DNA of 64,000 nucleotides. Source: Cyanidioschyzon merolae (Eukaryota). Each line of letters opens with the position of its first letter. Position 1 is the first letter of the stretch. The stretch lies in NCBI GenBank assembly GCA_000091205.1, contig AP006485.2; one strand, 5' to 3'. The notes under the pieces were generated by a model. The model did not search any database. It saw nothing but the letters and a program-made list of their open reading frames with translations, and was not told the DNA's origin. Both the position numbers and the translations under genes were made by a program. This document shows, one piece after another, positions 11,784 to 22,335 of this stretch.

Positions 11784-12395
11784 TCAGGTTTCTGCAAATG
11801 CGCTTGCACGTCGTTTGCGGTACCAGTCAAACCAGAAAAAGAAAGCACTCTGGCGGAACTGGTCTGGAAGCTTCCAGGGATCGTCGCCGCGCTGGCTGCC
11901 GCCTTTGCCGGAGCCTTCCCTGCCAGCGCTGGCAGAAGCATCGACGCCAGATGGATTAATGTAACCCGTGCCGTTGCAACGACCACAAGTCACACGCCCG
12001 GTAGCACTGCAACGCAAACAGGCGTGAGGCACGCGTTCGCCTTCTACTTGGAAAAAGGTTTTCCCCTGGCACTGGAAGCACTTGACACGTCCCTCGCCTC
12101 GGCAGTCAGGGCACCGCCGTGGGCCACTTTTTTCAGTCTGTCTCCGTGCCTGAACTATCCGGTAAGCACCAACCGTGATAAACGCTGCTCCAACCGCAAT
12201 GGCAGCCTCCTTCTTCCAGAGTAGAAGCGGCACGGGCGGAGCGAAGTGGAGCACCCCGCTTCCGGCCTTAGGTACTGCCGCAGGACAGTTTTGCAACGCC
12301 AACCGACGACAACAGTGCTGAACACCCGTCACAAGATCAGGCGAAAAGTTCATTTGCGTAGTCGTATATGCGATAGAACCCCGTTCGGAAAGCAA
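11784..12395 (-). CDS. DnaJ-like zinc-finger protein (CxxCxGxG repeats) with one TM helix, of the LQY1/CYO1/BSD2 plastid type.
   Basis: CPDCRGEGRVKCFQCQGKTFF ... CLRCSATGRVTCGRCNGTGY gives four CxxC(x)GxG units. They are preceded by a hydrophobic helix AAIAVGAAFITVGAYRIV. The true start may be an internal Met. Confidence 0.55.
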   Translation of the reverse strand: MLSERGSIAYTTTQMNFSPDLVTGVQHCCRRLALQNCPAAVPKAGSGVLHFAPPVPLLLWKKEAAIAVGAAFITVGAYRIVQARRQTEKSGPRRCPDCRGEGRVKCFQCQGKTFFQVEGERVPHACLRCSATGRVTCGRCNGTGYINPSGVDASASAGREGSGKGGSQRGDDPWKLPDQFRQSAFFFWFDWYRKRRASAFAET

Positions 12396-12705
12396 CTCGC
12401 GATCGACGCTACCAAGTGCAGCGAAACGCGATACGGTGGTGGAAGCGAAACAAACGCTGGCTTCGACGACGCCAGCGATCCCCCGGGGGATGACGCTTCA
12501 CGAACCATTCGCTCCTGTTGCTGCGTTTGGAGGTGTATTCGGGGTTCCTCGGGTTTATCCAATCGACTAGACACAGCAATTCTGCAACAGAGAAGTAGCT
12601 GGGGCCTGTAGAGTACGGAGTCTGGATAGTCCGGACGTTCGGTGCTGACACGCTGGTCTGAGCTGGTGCATACGAAGCGCTGGAAACTCGAGTCGCTCAG
12701 CGGAC

Positions 12706-14694
12706 ATGTTTGCAGTACCGACACTGCAGAGCAGTCGGAAAGGACGCTTTTGGGGAACCACACCCGCTTTCCCAGGGAGACCGCCTGTAGCGCACCTACC
12801 GCTGCCTGTGTGCTGCTGCAGCACAAGGACTGGAACTGGTGACCCCGCGGACCCCCTCGAGTCATTCCTGGGTCGAGTGCAAGCAGCGCCCGCCCTGCGC
12901 GGACTCCAAGCGGCCGATGCGTCCTGGAAACGCCTCCAACAAACCGGGTCGGCCGCAGTCGGTCCACCAGAAGAGGTCGTAACTTGTTGTCGACAACCGG
13001 AGGCGCGACATACGAAGCCGAGTGATTTCGATGTCGTTGTGCTTGGCGGAACGCTCGGCATCCTAATCGGGACGGCTTTACTGCGACGCAACTCGCGTTT
13101 GCGCGTCGTCGTTGTCGAGCGTGGGGCACTCCGCGGCCGCGACCAAGAGTGGAACACCAGTCGGCGAGAGCTGGAAGTGCTCGTTGCAACCGGCGTGCTC
13201 TCGCATGAGACGCTTGAAAAGGTTATCCGTTCGGAGTGGAGGTCCATGCGTGTGGGTGTCGAAGCGGCTGCTTCGAGGAGCTTACCCGACCTTTCCACAT
13301 TCATGGTGCAAGACATTTTGAATATCGGCGTATCACCGCGCGCCCTCATCGACGAAGCGCTTGCACAGTTCACGGAGCTAGGTGGTCAAGTTTGGGAATG
13401 GTGTCAGTTTCAGGGCGCGGAGACCAATGGCAGAAACGTACTTGTGCGTCTCGAGTGCGTTCCGGGTACCGTGCAGCGTCCTGCAGTGGCCCTCGGAGCC
13501 GGTGGCGATCAGGCTATCCTGGCGACTCCACTGTTTCGGACGTCGATGACGGCTGAAAGTCGATCAAGGGAGCGCTCCTCAGAACCGATTCGTAAGCAAA
13601 TCCGGGCATCCTTGGTACTGGATTGCATGGGTAATGCCTCACCGATCGTGCGGCAACAGCGCGAGCTCGTGTATGGTCAGAAACGGCCAGACGCAGTGTG
13701 TATGGTGGTCGGCTCGTGCTGCAGAGCGCATCCCGGGCACGATCCCTTTCCTGATAACACCTCTGGTGACCTGATCTATTCCTTCACAACGGCCTTATCC
13801 TCGAACCGTCTCCAGTATCTGTGGGAGGCGTTCCCGTCGGACGCGGGGAGCAATCGCACAACCTATTTGTTCACGTACTTGGACGCAGATGCACGACGAG
13901 CGATCACTTTGACGGATCTCTATCGAGACTACTTGGGCTTGTTGCCGGTTTATCAAGGAGGGCATGCGTTTCATCGTGGTGATCGCGCTTTCCTAGACCG
14001 CTTGCAGCCACAACGAGCCCTGTTCGGTTTCTTCCCGGCCTACGAGAGGTATGCGCCACTGCCGACTGCATTGGATAACGTCCTTCCAATCGGTGATGCA
14101 AGTGGTGTTCAATCACCGTTGTCTTTCGGGGGTTTTGGTGCAATGCTTCGCCACTTACCGCGTCTGGTCGACGCCATTTGTGAAGCGCTTGCTGCTGAGG
14201 CACTCAGTGCCGAGGATTTGCGTTGCATCCAGCCGTATTTGCCATCTCTGTCGGTGACGTGGTTGTTTCAACGAGCGCTTTCGTATCGAGTTCCTTCACG
14301 AGCTTCACAGACGCTAGACGAACGAGTTGTGAACGAGATTCTGGGATGGAGCCTCCTTACCATGCAGGATGACGAGAGCGCATTGCGGCCGTTTCTCCAG
14401 GATGTCATCCAGTTTCCGGGACTGGTGCGCACGCTAGCTCGAACTACCGTGCGCGTGCCTGCTCTCGTGCCGCGGATCCTGGGTCATATTGGTGGACCCG
14501 TGCCACTCCTCGGCTGGCTGCGGCATTTGATGGCACTTGGTGTCTATGATCAAGCAAGTCGCCTCTTCCATTCGGAAAGCGCGCTGTCTTCTTTCATCGA
14601 TGCTCGTCTGAAGGACCCGAAAAAGCGATTCCGATGGCATCGACAGCTCGAGGCGTGGCGTTACGGAAGCGGCCGTGATCTGCACATCGACTAG
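12706..14694 (+). CDS. FAD-dependent oxidoreductase of the 'lycopene beta/epsilon cyclase family protein' type (At2g32640-like), probably plastid-targeted.
   Basis: Rossmann FAD motif FDVVVLGGTLGILIGTALLRRNSRLRVVVVERGALRGRDQEWNTSRRELEVL matches the characteristic DV.V.GGTLGI..ATAL ... ERN.L.GREQEWNIS pattern. Uninterrupted 662-aa ORF with a basic N-terminal extension. Confidence 0.55.
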   Translation: MFAVPTLQSSRKGRFWGTTPAFPGRPPVAHLPLPVCCCSTRTGTGDPADPLESFLGRVQAAPALRGLQAADASWKRLQQTGSAAVGPPEEVVTCCRQPEARHTKPSDFDVVVLGGTLGILIGTALLRRNSRLRVVVVERGALRGRDQEWNTSRRELEVLVATGVLSHETLEKVIRSEWRSMRVGVEAAASRSLPDLSTFMVQDILNIGVSPRALIDEALAQFTELGGQVWEWCQFQGAETNGRNVLVRLECVPGTVQRPAVALGAGGDQAILATPLFRTSMTAESRSRERSSEPIRKQIRASLVLDCMGNASPIVRQQRELVYGQKRPDAVCMVVGSCCRAHPGHDPFPDNTSGDLIYSFTTALSSNRLQYLWEAFPSDAGSNRTTYLFTYLDADARRAITLTDLYRDYLGLLPVYQGGHAFHRGDRAFLDRLQPQRALFGFFPAYERYAPLPTALDNVLPIGDASGVQSPLSFGGFGAMLRHLPRLVDAICEALAAEALSAEDLRCIQPYLPSLSVTWLFQRALSYRVPSRASQTLDERVVNEILGWSLLTMQDDESALRPFLQDVIQFPGLVRTLARTTVRVPALVPRILGHIGGPVPLLGWLRHLMALGVYDQASRLFHSESALSSFIDARLKDPKKRFRWHRQLEAWRYGSGRDLHID

Positions 14695-15092
14695 GTGACT
14701 CGGGTGGATGCAGCCCCCGGAAGAACTGTTGTATGCAGCAATCACGTGGCAAGCACATTGTGAGGATTCGGCACGACGCTTTCAGCGATATAGCGAAAGC
14801 GGTTCGTTTGAAGGCTTCAGACGAGCCAGCACTTGGATTCGATGTGTGCACGGTAACGCACTGACCCAGTCGTTGGCCAATGGCCGACTGCAAGCGCACG
14901 ATAGTCCGAGGGCATGCGACACCTTCACCCGCTGTGCAGCGTGTTACTCATGAAGCATTGGTATAGGAATATACGAATATGCGGATCCACGCCTAGGACT
15001 GCATCCGTAGATGACTGGAGGCTGGTGGCTCGCCGGCCGGTCCGCCAGCCCATGTTCGAGGTGCAATGATTGCTCTCGGGTGATGGTGCAGG

Positions 15093-15281
15093 TTCACGTG
15101 GAAGCGACCTTGCACTGCAACCACGTATGGTGCCTGATACATATTCCAATGCTGCAGGTTCACGTGGAAGCGACCTTGCACTGCAACCACGTATGGTGCC
15201 TGATACGTATTCCAAGGCTGCAGGTTCACGTGGAAGCGACCTTGCACTGCAACCACGTATGATGCCTGATACGTATTCCAA
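15093..15281. repeat. 63-bp x 3 tandem repeat.
   Basis: The unit 'ggttcacgtggaagcgaccttgcactgcaaccacgtatggtgcctgatacatattccaatgctgca' is repeated three times. The same 21-aa peptide is repeated in ORFs on both strands. Confidence 0.85.
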
Positions 15282-15704
15282 GGAAGCGTGACGCGCGCGT
15301 GCAGCCCAGAAATAACACGGTGCACCTGAAGCTGTCGCAGTCGTATTTCGAGTGGCAGAACAAGGCACGAATGACCTGAACTCGACAGCATTAGGTGCAG
15401 TCGCCGTGAATATGCTTGTACAGGGCGCCGCGCCCGCGTCTAAAGAGCGCTCCATCCTGTGCAGACGCTAGCGTCCAGCTGTTGTGTCTGTGCGTATCAA
15501 GCTGGTGACGTCTCCGATTATGAACCAAGCGTTCCGAGCGATACCTTATCAATATCGCACGCCTGCTGCTACTCATCAGCGACATCGTAGGTGCAACGGT
15601 ACACGCAACCAAGTGCCGATATAGGCACGTCTCAGGCAGGTACCGAGGATTCCCAGGCACAGCAGCAGGGGCGCGAGTTTCGAAGCCAGTTCCGCGATGC
15701 TGTC

Positions 15705-16427
15705 TCATTCGCGGTACCGGGTACGCTCGTCGCCCTCGATCTGGATGGCTTTATAAACGCCGAGCAGTGAAGAGAATCCCAAAAAAGTCAGCATAAGCGG
15801 TGTGAACGCAGGCTCTACGCGCTCCCGCAAAAAGGCTGCCACTGCGGCTGGCAGCGCGGTGCGTCCAGAGGCTGCACTAGCTTCGAATACAACGCCGATT
15901 CCAGCACAGAGTACCAAGGCGAGCATGCTGAGAACGAGACGCTGTAGCCACTGTTCAGCAGAGTCAAGAGCTTCGTAGTTTCCCCCGAATAGAGCTCGCA
16001 GGCCGCGAAACAGCCTTACCGCCAGGCGTTCACCCTCCTCCTTTGACACAGCAGCGGCTTGGTCCAAGTCACGCCCCGCTCGTTCGCGCTGCAAACCAAA
16101 AGCGTCCAGAATTTGTTCCGTGCGATCTTGTTGTCTTTGAGGACCAAATCCACGACCTGCTCGCATATCATCACTGCTGCCACCAGCACGAGCGCCACGA
16201 CGACTGGCTTCGGGATCAGCGGACGCTCTCGAGCGTTGCGTTCGAGAGCTTGTTCGTGAACGACCCTGCTCAGCACGCTTCGCAGTGTCAGGCGAGTCAT
16301 CGCTTGCTAGCGGTTCACATGTTCTGAGATGAAAGACGCCCGGCTTACGACGTTTCAGCGGGTCGACAAACGCTTTCGTGGACGCTGACTTGGGTCGCAA
16401 GCGCCGTCTTATAACCGCGACAAACAT
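15705..16427 (-). CDS. Hypothetical protein with a C-terminal two-helix membrane domain.
   Basis: 240-aa ORF. The hydrophobic segments LVLSMLALVLCAGIGVVF and FTPLMLTFLGFSSLLGVY follow a charged N-terminal half. No family recognised. Confidence 0.3.
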   Translation of the reverse strand: MFVAVIRRRLRPKSASTKAFVDPLKRRKPGVFHLRTCEPLASDDSPDTAKRAEQGRSRTSSRTQRSRASADPEASRRGARAGGSSDDMRAGRGFGPQRQQDRTEQILDAFGLQRERAGRDLDQAAAVSKEEGERLAVRLFRGLRALFGGNYEALDSAEQWLQRLVLSMLALVLCAGIGVVFEASAASGRTALPAAVAAFLRERVEPAFTPLMLTFLGFSSLLGVYKAIQIEGDERTRYRE

Positions 16428-16623
16428 AACCTTGCAGGTTGAAGTTGAACGAGGTACTTCTTCTGCAAAGCAAGTTTACCAGTGCAACGGCCCTTTTCGC
16501 AAGCCTTGCACGAGTAACCAGCAAGAAAAAGGCTGGCGCAAGCGTCCACTATGGAAACAAAGTGAATGCTAGCTGGTTATCAGCAATGGAGGTGCGGATG
16601 CTGTCTGCTCAGAACAGCGTACT

Positions 16624-17988
16624 GGACTCAAAGCGAACGCTGAACAGCTCGTTCCGCTCCTGCTTTGTGATTCTTTTCTGAACGTTTTTATTTGACGCCA
16701 ACGCTAGCCATTCGAAAAGCATAAACAGGTGTTCGTGGACTCGTGTATAGTTTTGGGATTCATGTGAGCGTGCCTCCATCGACGCTTTGCAGATGGGATG
16801 CGTTCTCCTCATCGGCATCAGGATGACGCTCGATGCTGTCCAATATGCTTACCTACATGCATCCCCGCTACTCCTTTCCGTAAACGTACAAGAATCAACA
16901 AGTTCGCTCTTCGAGGTCTCCAGCTTACCGTGTTCACGGCAACGCGTAGGTACGGCAACTCACGTCGCTGGAGACGCTGGAAAGAGAGCACAACGTCGTC
17001 CCTGACCGACTTGCTCGCTAGCTTGTAGTGAGCGCCCACTGCGCTCGTCACGTCAAAGGTAACCCATGTCGTCCGAAAGCCGTACCCTACGCTCTTCGTT
17101 GCCACCGACGAAGAGACACTCGACGAGACCGGCCTGCTGCCTCTCACGGCATACGCGCACAGGCGCCCCGGGTATCCTCTGTTTGCACTGATAACGGTCT
17201 GCGACTCAGACTCGAGTCATCGCAGCAGTCGCTTCGCGTAGCGCGTACGTCACCGCGTCGGACAGCGTTGCGCGTTGACGGACCAGGATCAACCCCGGAG
17301 TGCTTCCCCAGCCTGGAGGCTCTCTCGCTCTCTCCGGTCCCTGCTTCACCACGATCGATATCGCGTTCCGGAACTCGTCTATAGAATGGAACAGCGAGCG
17401 CTTGTGTATGCAGCAGACAGCCTATTCACCGACACGATCGCTCAGAGGGAGCTCGTGATCCCACGGTACTGCACCGAGTGCGGACACCAGGCATGGCAAC
17501 CCGGAGAGCCCGCTGTACCTTCAAGCGGCGTCTACGGACTGACGGAGCAAGCGATCACACGTCACTGCAGACAAGTACGCGGTAACGCATGCGCTGTGGC
17601 AGACGTACGTGTATGCGTATCGAACGAGAAGCGATTGTGAGTGTATCGACGGGCGACCCGCGGTTGTATCCAAGGACGATCATGGAAATGGGAAGCGCAG
17701 TCTAGATGCCAAGCTCCGCCTGTGCATAAAATGCGTCGATGAGCGTCGGAAATCGCGGAATCGGGACTTGAGCACGACCATCAGAGTGTTGCAACGATCG
17801 ACACTGGAAGAAGAGGGACCCTGCGGATGTATGTGGTGACAGTCGGATATCTGATCGAGGAAAAGGAACCCGTCGCATACAAGACCCGCAAATGCTCGTC
17901 TTTACGCCAGCTGAAACACAAATCCAATATTCATCCTGAATCTCCGAGTCCTGCAAGTCGACCATTCCACTTTATACGCTGACACGAG
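16624..17988 (+). mobile_element. Copy 2 of the ~1.37-kb TnpB/Fanzor-like repeat, in direct orientation relative to copy 1.
   Basis: Colinear with 8889..10253 at ~99% identity. The six-frame ORF set is duplicated, including ELVIPRYCTECGH in ORF 17275..17640. Confidence 0.45.
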
Positions 17989-18205
17989 CGTAGCAGCGTC
18001 GCAGCAAGCAGATACCTCGGGACGCTCTTTCCGCTCGTTCGGCATACGCGGCCTCCACAGACCTGTATCTCGAACAGACGCATCCGAGTGTCTGAACTCG
18101 GCTTTTCATTGCTCGTCGAAAGGAGACCGGGTCTGGAGCTTTCGTAACTGCGTTGCGTTTTTATTTGGGGTATTGTACAGATAACTGGAATAGAAGTTGT
18201 GAAGT

Positions 18206-19597
18206 ATGGAGAAGCGCGGTACGTTTAAGGCGTCGGCGGCAGCGCTGCGAACACGGAACCCGATCCGCGAACTCATCGAAGGCCTGGACTTGCGCTCCCA
18301 TCCAAACAAGCAGGTGATTCCTCTATCCATCGGAGACCCGACCATCTTCGGAAACCTTCGAGCAGCTGACGTTGTCAATGAAGCAGTGGTAGACGCTGTT
18401 CGTTCGGGTCGGGCGAACGGCTACCCGCCGGCTGTCGGCACGGAAGTTGCCCGGGAGGCCGTTGCCAAGGCTGCCAATACCGCCATAGAGGAAGCAGCAC
18501 GTGTGGCTCGTCGCTTGAGTTCGCGTCATACCAGTGGCGGGCCTACTCCTGATAAACCCCGAAATGGTACCCACCGCGACTGGGCGCAGACAGCGTTCAC
18601 ATCAGCAGCGCACTACGAGAAGCGCGACGTGATCCTGGCTAGCGGTGCAAGTCATGCGCTGGACCTGTGCTTCTCTGCGCTTTTGGACCCCGAGGACAAT
18701 GTACTGCTTCCGAGTCTCAGCTTTCCGCTCTATGAGACGATATGTGCGTACTTGGGCGCGGAGGTTCGGCGTTACCCGCTGGATCCAGAGCGGGGCTGGC
18801 AGGCGACGGGACTCGAGCCCGGCGGAGCCACCGACCGACTCGTCGACGAGCGTACCGTCTGTATTGTTGTGAATAATCCCATGAATCCAACAGGAAGCGT
18901 CTACGAGCGAAAACATCTGCAAGATATTGTCGAATTCGCTGAGCGGCATCGCCTGGTTATTCTCGCGGACGAGATATACGGCGGCATGGTCTTCCATCGT
19001 CGGCATGCGGACGGGAGTGGCCCAGTGGGGCCACTTGATGCACCACCCATCGGGTGCCTTGCGAGGAATGTTCCGGTCCTCACGGTTGATGGCCTAGCGA
19101 AGCGCTTTCTCGTGCCGGGATGGCGAATGGGGTGGATTCTCATCCATGACCCTACGCCGGATCAACAGTTCTCTGTCATTCGGCGGGCGCTCGAGGGCCT
19201 GTCGATGAAGATTTTGGGGCCGAACTCCCTTGTACAGGCTGCTCTACCGGTTATTTTGTCCAAGACGAGTCGCGAATGGTATGAACACGTGCGGACAACG
19301 CTCGCTCGACAAGCGCAATTTGCCTATGAGAAGCTGTCAAGTATTCGCGGCCTGCACGTACCGTCGCCACCGCACGGAGCCATGTATGTGTTGGTTTGTC
19401 TGCGAAACAACCATATGAGTGGATTGGAATTTGTCCAGCGCCTCATGGCCGAGGAGAGTGTTCTGGTGCTTCCCGGTGAGTGCTTCGGTGCACCACCGGG
19501 CTACTTTCGTGTGACATTCTGTGCACCGATCGACAAGCTATCGGAAGCGTTCAGTCGCATTGCGAACTTTTGCGACCGACATCTGCGTGCCGCCTAG
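18206..19597 (+). CDS. TAT: Tyrosine aminotransferase (class-I PLP aminotransferase).
   Basis: NPIRELIEG ... PNKQVIPLSIGDPTIFGNL, NGYPPAVG, IVVNNPMNPTGSVY, ILADEIYGGMVF, GLAKRFLVPGWRMGWILIHD and SAFSRIANFCDRH are colinear with human TAT. There is one low-complexity insertion. Confidence 0.9.
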   Translation: MEKRGTFKASAAALRTRNPIRELIEGLDLRSHPNKQVIPLSIGDPTIFGNLRAADVVNEAVVDAVRSGRANGYPPAVGTEVAREAVAKAANTAIEEAARVARRLSSRHTSGGPTPDKPRNGTHRDWAQTAFTSAAHYEKRDVILASGASHALDLCFSALLDPEDNVLLPSLSFPLYETICAYLGAEVRRYPLDPERGWQATGLEPGGATDRLVDERTVCIVVNNPMNPTGSVYERKHLQDIVEFAERHRLVILADEIYGGMVFHRRHADGSGPVGPLDAPPIGCLARNVPVLTVDGLAKRFLVPGWRMGWILIHDPTPDQQFSVIRRALEGLSMKILGPNSLVQAALPVILSKTSREWYEHVRTTLARQAQFAYEKLSSIRGLHVPSPPHGAMYVLVCLRNNHMSGLEFVQRLMAEESVLVLPGECFGAPPGYFRVTFCAPIDKLSEAFSRIANFCDRHLRAA

Positions 19598-21519
19598 GTA
19601 TCGGCAGCGATAGCATACAAGGGATGGGAATCGACATGAAGCTCGGATGACACCAAGGTTCATGGATTGGATCACGAGAATTCCGGATGCAGGCCTGCGA
19701 ACGATATGGCCTGAAGGCGCGTGGTCGTGGCAATGGCAGCGTAGCGAGCGCGCTGCCTCTTCTGCGGAAGACAAGATGTCCCTGCAAAGAAGACGACCAT
19801 CAGCATCGTATTAGAATCCGGTGTTGCGTTCTACGTTGCAGGTGGCACGTGTTTCCTGGTTCCCGGATACGCTGTTTGTAGCAGAGATGACGACTCCGGA
19901 ACGCGGTGATCATGAAGCCGGACGCGATCACTTGGATGCCCATAGAGACGCTGGTGATCAGTGCACCACCGACGACTAGAATCGAAGCGCAGCACCAACG
20001 CCATGCACAGTACAACAGCGTCTGTCATGCCGTGTGTTGAGCCTCGTACAGCGCATTCGATAACAGATGAAGTGCATCTGCGATACTTGATGAGACCGGC
20101 GTTGTAGCGTGCGGAAAACTGCTGACAATGCGTACCGGGATCGTCATGTGCGCACCCGTAAACGGAGTCGTTCTCGTTGGTGTTCTTGTGCTCTGTGATG
20201 CTGCGTCTCTTTAGCCCGCTGTCTGCTGACGAGGCCGCTACTTTCGCTTGCCGGGCTCTTGAACGGTTGGAAAACGACCGAACGCGGAATCAAGGGCGTC
20301 GAGAGCCGTATCCGATAGGGTGCACACTCGGGACGACCAACTGGACGGACGTGCAACGCCGTTGCCAGCCGCGGTCGCCAGCGTACAAGATCCAACTCCG
20401 CAGAACGGAACTCTCAGCGTCTGTTTCTGAGCTTCTCGTTTGTCGCGACATACGAGACGCGAGGACTTTGCAGGCACCCCGGTGGGTGTTTACGTACGCG
20501 TTTCGAAAAGTTAAGAGCGACAGGGGTGTTACGCTTGTCAGCGCCGACAAGCGCGAACCTACGGTATTAGTGGTGAGTGCGCGTCACCTGGGCGGGCTCC
20601 TCTGGACGCACATGGTACTTGAGCGAGCGCGCTGCAGTGGACACAGCATTACCTGGCGAACAGTTCGAGGTTTCCATTTTCTGGATGGCGAGGAGAGTTT
20701 CTCTGTAATGCGGGATAAGCATACCAAGCGCCTGGTGTACTGCATATGCTCCGTATCGGCAGCGTCGCATTGGCTCGCTCGTCTGGCTAGCCCGTACGTG
20801 CGTTTATGCCAGGATCGCTTTCAGGTTGAGTCGGTGCGATTTCTGCAGCAGCGCTGGGAGGATCCTCCGGATACGCGCAAACATCGACGCCAGCACCGCG
20901 GGCCCTGATGTTGCAGTTTATCGTGGCGCTGCTCGCTGAGGCGTTGCGAGTCGCTGGTACCCTGCAGTTCCTTGTCCTGCCTTGGATTACCCGTGCGGTG
21001 CAGTCGATAGCACTTGGTTGAATGCTGGAGCGCAGATCAACCTGCATCGGCGGATCGGCATCTGCTACAGCGGATGCAGAAGCGTGAAACCAGGGAAAGG
21101 ATGCCCCATTGAAGTGCTGGGTCACCAATCGTCGCGTCGGGGTGCCAGTATTCGTTGCTCTATGGAATATGCCGGGCGCCACGCTGCGTGACGAAAATGA
21201 ACCGGGCGTATACAAGGGTTGCGAGCAACTGCTTCCACAGACACTGAGAGAAGCTTCACTGCGGTAAGCGTTCGAATGGAACCGACAAGTCTCGCCGTCC
21301 TGGGATATGTCAACAATGACACAGATAGATAGCGCTCTCTGGTCGTGATTTGCTCCCGAAAAGAGACCGCTTCACGCACGAAACACCGGTCGAAAGCACC
21401 TCCTGTGCAATGGTATGAAGATTCGCCTGTTTCACCATGCGTTGGCTTGTTCAGGTCGCAGCGCGCGTTCCAAACTGAAAAAGCAGGCGAGTGCAGGTCG
21501 CGCCAGGCGCGCGCGCGCA

Positions 21520-21536
21520 CACACACACACACACAT
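21520..21536. repeat. (CA)n dinucleotide microsatellite, preceded by (GC)n.
   Basis: gcgcgcgcgcacacacacacacacacat. Confidence 0.8.
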
Positions 21537-22291
21537 CGATGCCATCAAGCAAGGCCCATGTCAGAGACACGTTTCCGCAAAACGCTCTACTGGATGAACA
21601 CCAACGTTGATGACGCTCTTTGGACGCAGCTGCATCGACCGTCAGGCGTTGCGAAACAGCGACGAATCGAAACCTTCGCACTGCAAAGTCGCCCGCTTAC
21701 GCACCAGACTCGCACGACTGCGACACAGATTACGTGCACCTGCTAACGGATCCGCACCGCTGCCAAACTTTCCCCAGCCCACGTACGACATGTGTAACGT
21801 TATTCAACCCAGTCTCTACCTGCGAGACGCCAACGCAAACCGAGTGCATCGTGGCGACGCCTCAGAGCCGGCGCAACAACGGATCACACAAGACCGATGG
21901 TTCACACCTGGCTGCACCCTGGAACACATGCGCAGCGCCCTACGCTCGCTCACTCGCTGGATAGAATGCAGCACTGGCAGGCGTGATCGCACCATTGCAG
22001 CAGGAAATCAAAACGAACACCTGCAGCAACTGCCTTGATGCGATCCACAGCGCTGACGTGAGGCGCTTGCATTCGAGCTGTGCTTTCTGTCGACGTTTTC
22101 GCGCCAAAAGTCCAACCTCACGGGCAGATGCGTGCACAGTCGCTACCGCTCACGATTGCCATCGCGCGATAAACGCGCACGCACCGCACACGCGCACGCA
22201 CTGATCAACGTGATGCGTGTTCTGGTGGCGGCAGATTGTCACGCACTGGCACCCAGTGTGCCACCTGATGCCGTGACGTGCGCCCGCGTCA

Positions 22292-22309
22292 CACACACAC
22301 ACACACAAA
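22292..22309. repeat. (CA)n dinucleotide microsatellite.
   Basis: tcacacacacacacacacaaaa. Confidence 0.8.
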
Positions 22310-22335
22310 AGCTGGGGCTTGCTTCTTTGTGGAGC

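Noticed and set aside
8889-17988. LTR retrotransposon: two 1.37-kb direct repeats flanking 6.4 kb.
   Set aside because: The internal region encodes ordinary host (plastid-type) genes on both strands. There is no gag, RT, RNase H or integrase signature, no clear TG...CA termini and no identifiable PBS or PPT. The repeats themselves carry TnpB-like, not LTR-like, content.
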